64,000 nt of DNA, from positions 236,396 to 300,395 of the forward strand of contig NW_003314364.1 in NCBI RefSeq assembly GCF_000143415.4, given 5' to 3'. Source of the DNA: Selaginella moellendorffii. Taxonomy: Eukaryota > Plantae > Lycopodiophyta. Positions 61,550 to 64,000 of this stretch are shown here, piece by piece. The notes under the pieces were generated by a model. That model was not told the origin of the DNA, ran no database searches, and was given only the letters and a program-made list of their open reading frames with translations. Position 1 is the stretch's first letter, and each line of letters opens with the position of its first letter. The position numbers and the translations under genes were made by a program.

Positions 61550-62330
61550 TTGCAAATGTGACTTCGGGTATTGAAAAATACTTGTCAGTCATTCCTTATG
61601 GACACTTTTTCCTTACTGCCATGACGGCAGAAAGTCGGTACAGTTGGTTCCCTTTATTGTTCCCACTTGAGCTAGTTGAGAAACTGGTCAATGACCATGT
61701 ACTTAAATCATATAAACATAAGGTAGGAACCCTATGTGTTTCTTGCTGAGCATACTCGGCTTGGTTTGAGAAACTCCTATCATTAGCTTGCAGTTGCTAG
61801 TATCAAGAACCCCCGTATATTGAGATTAGTCCCTCAATATCGCTGAATGATAGCTTACCGTGTTTGCCAAACACCCTTGCTATCATACCTTTAGTGTTAG
61901 TATCATTTCGGTCCCAAATGCTAATTATGGAAAGTGTCTAGATTTGCTCATTTGGCATATTTATGGAATGTAAAGATCGGCCTAAACACAATGGTGTTTG
62001 TCCTGTGTCCAAATTCACAATCTATTTAGTAAGTTTCGAGCTTGTCCTAGAGACTAACTCCTGGTACTAAAGGAAGCTTGGGGTGAAAGCCCAAAGCGTG
62101 TGTCCCTCAAGGGGGGGGCTGTAGGTGGTTCCAAATGTATAGTAGGGATAGTGGTTGAAATGTATGTTTAACCACTTGAGACATTAGTTTGGCTCCCGCT
62201 GGGCTATGTCGCTCCTTGTTTTGTGTTTGGCTTGGGTCTAAGCCCAAGTTCCATGCTGCTCTAGTTGGTGGGGTACCCTCCTCCTTGCGTTAGGCCACCG
62301 GTATGCCAAAATTGTGCTAGACTCCGTCTG
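61550..62330 (+). repeat. LTR-family fragment homologous to 4660-5470
   Basis: Shared blocks such as GGAAAGTGTC-AGATTTGCTCATTTGGCATAT and GGGGTGAAAGCCCAAAGCGTGTGT. Confidence 0.85.
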
Positions 62331-62740
62331 ACACCATTTTGCATGCAGGTGCTGGATACGAAGAGCTGGTGCTCATGGGATTGTACTAGACCCTTGTTTC
62401 GTAGCGCAACGGGCTTGGATTTCGGCTCTAAATTCATGTGTGCTACATCCAGAATGGATTAAGAGCGATCACATATTAGAGGCCATTAATGTAGAGAGGG
62501 ATATGAATAAAATATGGGCCTCCCAAGCTAGGGCTTTTATCCATGCACTTCAACACAAAACTAGGTACAAAATATCTACTCAAATCTTTCCAGATTTTGG
62601 TTTTCATCTTCCAACAAATTGAACATCTCTGGAGAAGGCTTTACAAGAAAGTGATATGGTTTTATAAGCAATTATTTGAGTCAATGGAGGATATTGGCAT
62701 TTAGATGCATCAAATGTATGGCATATACAAAGCTTGAGGC

Positions 62741-62955
62741 ATGTATATATATGTATGTATATGTATGTATATATATGTATATATATGTATATATATTCTT
62801 ACCCAAACTCATGCTCTATAGGTTAAAATAAACATGAGAAGCTCTAAAATAGTCACCATTTTGAATTGCTCAAATCTCATAAAGGTTTCAAGTTGCAACC
62901 CAATATGCACTATTTTAGCATGTGTTAAGTGTATATATATACATATATATGTATG

Positions 62956-62986
<31 letters not shown>

Positions 62987-63012
62987 GTATATATGTATGT
63001 ATATGTATATAT
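62741..63012. repeat. (TA)n/(TATG)n microsatellites
   Basis: Tracts at 62741-62795 and 62930-63012. Confidence 0.9.
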
Positions 63013-63507
63013 TTATTTGTTTCTTTAATATGTTTATTATTTTCACAATATAGTCAAAACATTGAGTAGTAAGGATATTGAACTCTTGCCTAAACCATTT
63101 CTATATAGTGTTGAAGGTGTTAATTTGACATAGGTATTTAGTTATACCTTTTTTGTGATATTCTCTATGCTAAGAATTTCCTTGTTTTGAGTAGCACTGT
63201 AGCGCATGTGATCATGGGATGAGATTTGGATATACTGTCATCATGGAACCTTGGAACCTTAGGGGATAAATGGGGATAAAATAGCCATTAAGGGCTCTCT
63301 CATCAAGCAATTGGCCCTTTTCCAGTTGGCTTAAGGGGAGAGAGATAAAGTGCGTTGTAGTTGGTATCGAAGTAAATGGCACGGGTTTGATTCCCATTGA
63401 TTAGTGGCTACTTAAAATATAATATACCCTTGAGCAAGGTATATTCCTACCCCTAAATTTGAAAATCATATGTATTAGGCATCCATGCATACATCCTTCC
63501 TCTTGTG

Positions 63508-64000
63508 AAGCATCCCAAATGAAGGTATCCACCGTGGGACTGTGGTACGAGTGGATTACTAGTTGCCTCACATGGAAACACAAAGCATCCCAGACGAAGG
63601 TATCCACCATGGGACTGCGGTACGGGTGGATGATTAGTTGCCTCACATGGAATAACTGGTTTATATAGAGCATCCCAGACGAAAGTATCCACTGTGGGAC
63701 TATAGTACGGATGGATGACTAATTGCCTCACATAGAATAGCGGATCTACACAATGGAAAGATTGATAGATTGAGTGTAGATAGTCAATAGTCAATGAGGA
63801 CATTAACATCTCTGAAGGTATCCATCGTGGGACTGCAGTATGGGTGGATGATTAGTTGCCTCACATGGAATAGTTAGTTTACATAGAGCATCCCAGACGA
63901 AAGTATTCACCGTGGGACTGCAGTACGGATGGATGACTAATTGCCTCACATGGAATAGCTGATCTACACAATGGAAAGATTGATAGATTGAGTGTAGATA
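63508..64000. repeat. Tandem array of ~75-85 bp subunits in a 218-bp higher-order unit, running off the window
   Basis: GCATCCCAGACGAA-GTATCCAC-GTGGGACT...TGCCTCACATGGAA x5; GATCTACACAATGGAAAG at 63743 and 63961. Confidence 0.85.

Overview
This is a transposon-dense, nested region of a land-plant nuclear genome. The ~45-60 bp introns, PLS-type PPR gene and iMet-primed Ty3/gypsy elements suggest a lycophyte such as Selaginella (inference). Host-type genes are few: a spliced M1 aminopeptidase (14.0-17.5 kb, minus), a PPR pseudogene split by a complete hAT insertion with an 8-bp TSD, and scattered fragments (PPR, F-box, 25S rDNA). The rest is Ty3/gypsy LTRs and remnants, a foldback element, a PIF1/Helitron-type helicase remnant, tandem repeats and one 100-N gap. 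The main result is two large TIR-bounded DNA transposons of unrelated superfamilies: a MULE-like element (26820-35673) and a Sola-like element (39174-50078). They share one architecture. Each has a transposase transcribed divergently from a spliced cargo gene encoding a ParB/Srx-like domain followed by a prokaryote-type beta-class (N4C/N6A) DNA methyltransferase-like domain. Each also carries many copies of its own 22-bp 8-6-8 palindrome: GTCGGTTC-N6-GAACCGAC in the MULE and ATGGCRTG-N6-CAYGCCAT in the Sola-like element, many of the latter inside introns. The Sola-like element additionally encodes an FCP1/NIF-like phosphatase domain. This looks like a candidate parS/ParB-style, TE-encoded self-recognition or epigenetic (anti-silencing or self-marking) system. 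All domain calls come from motif reading by eye, not HMM searches, and the function is hypothesis.
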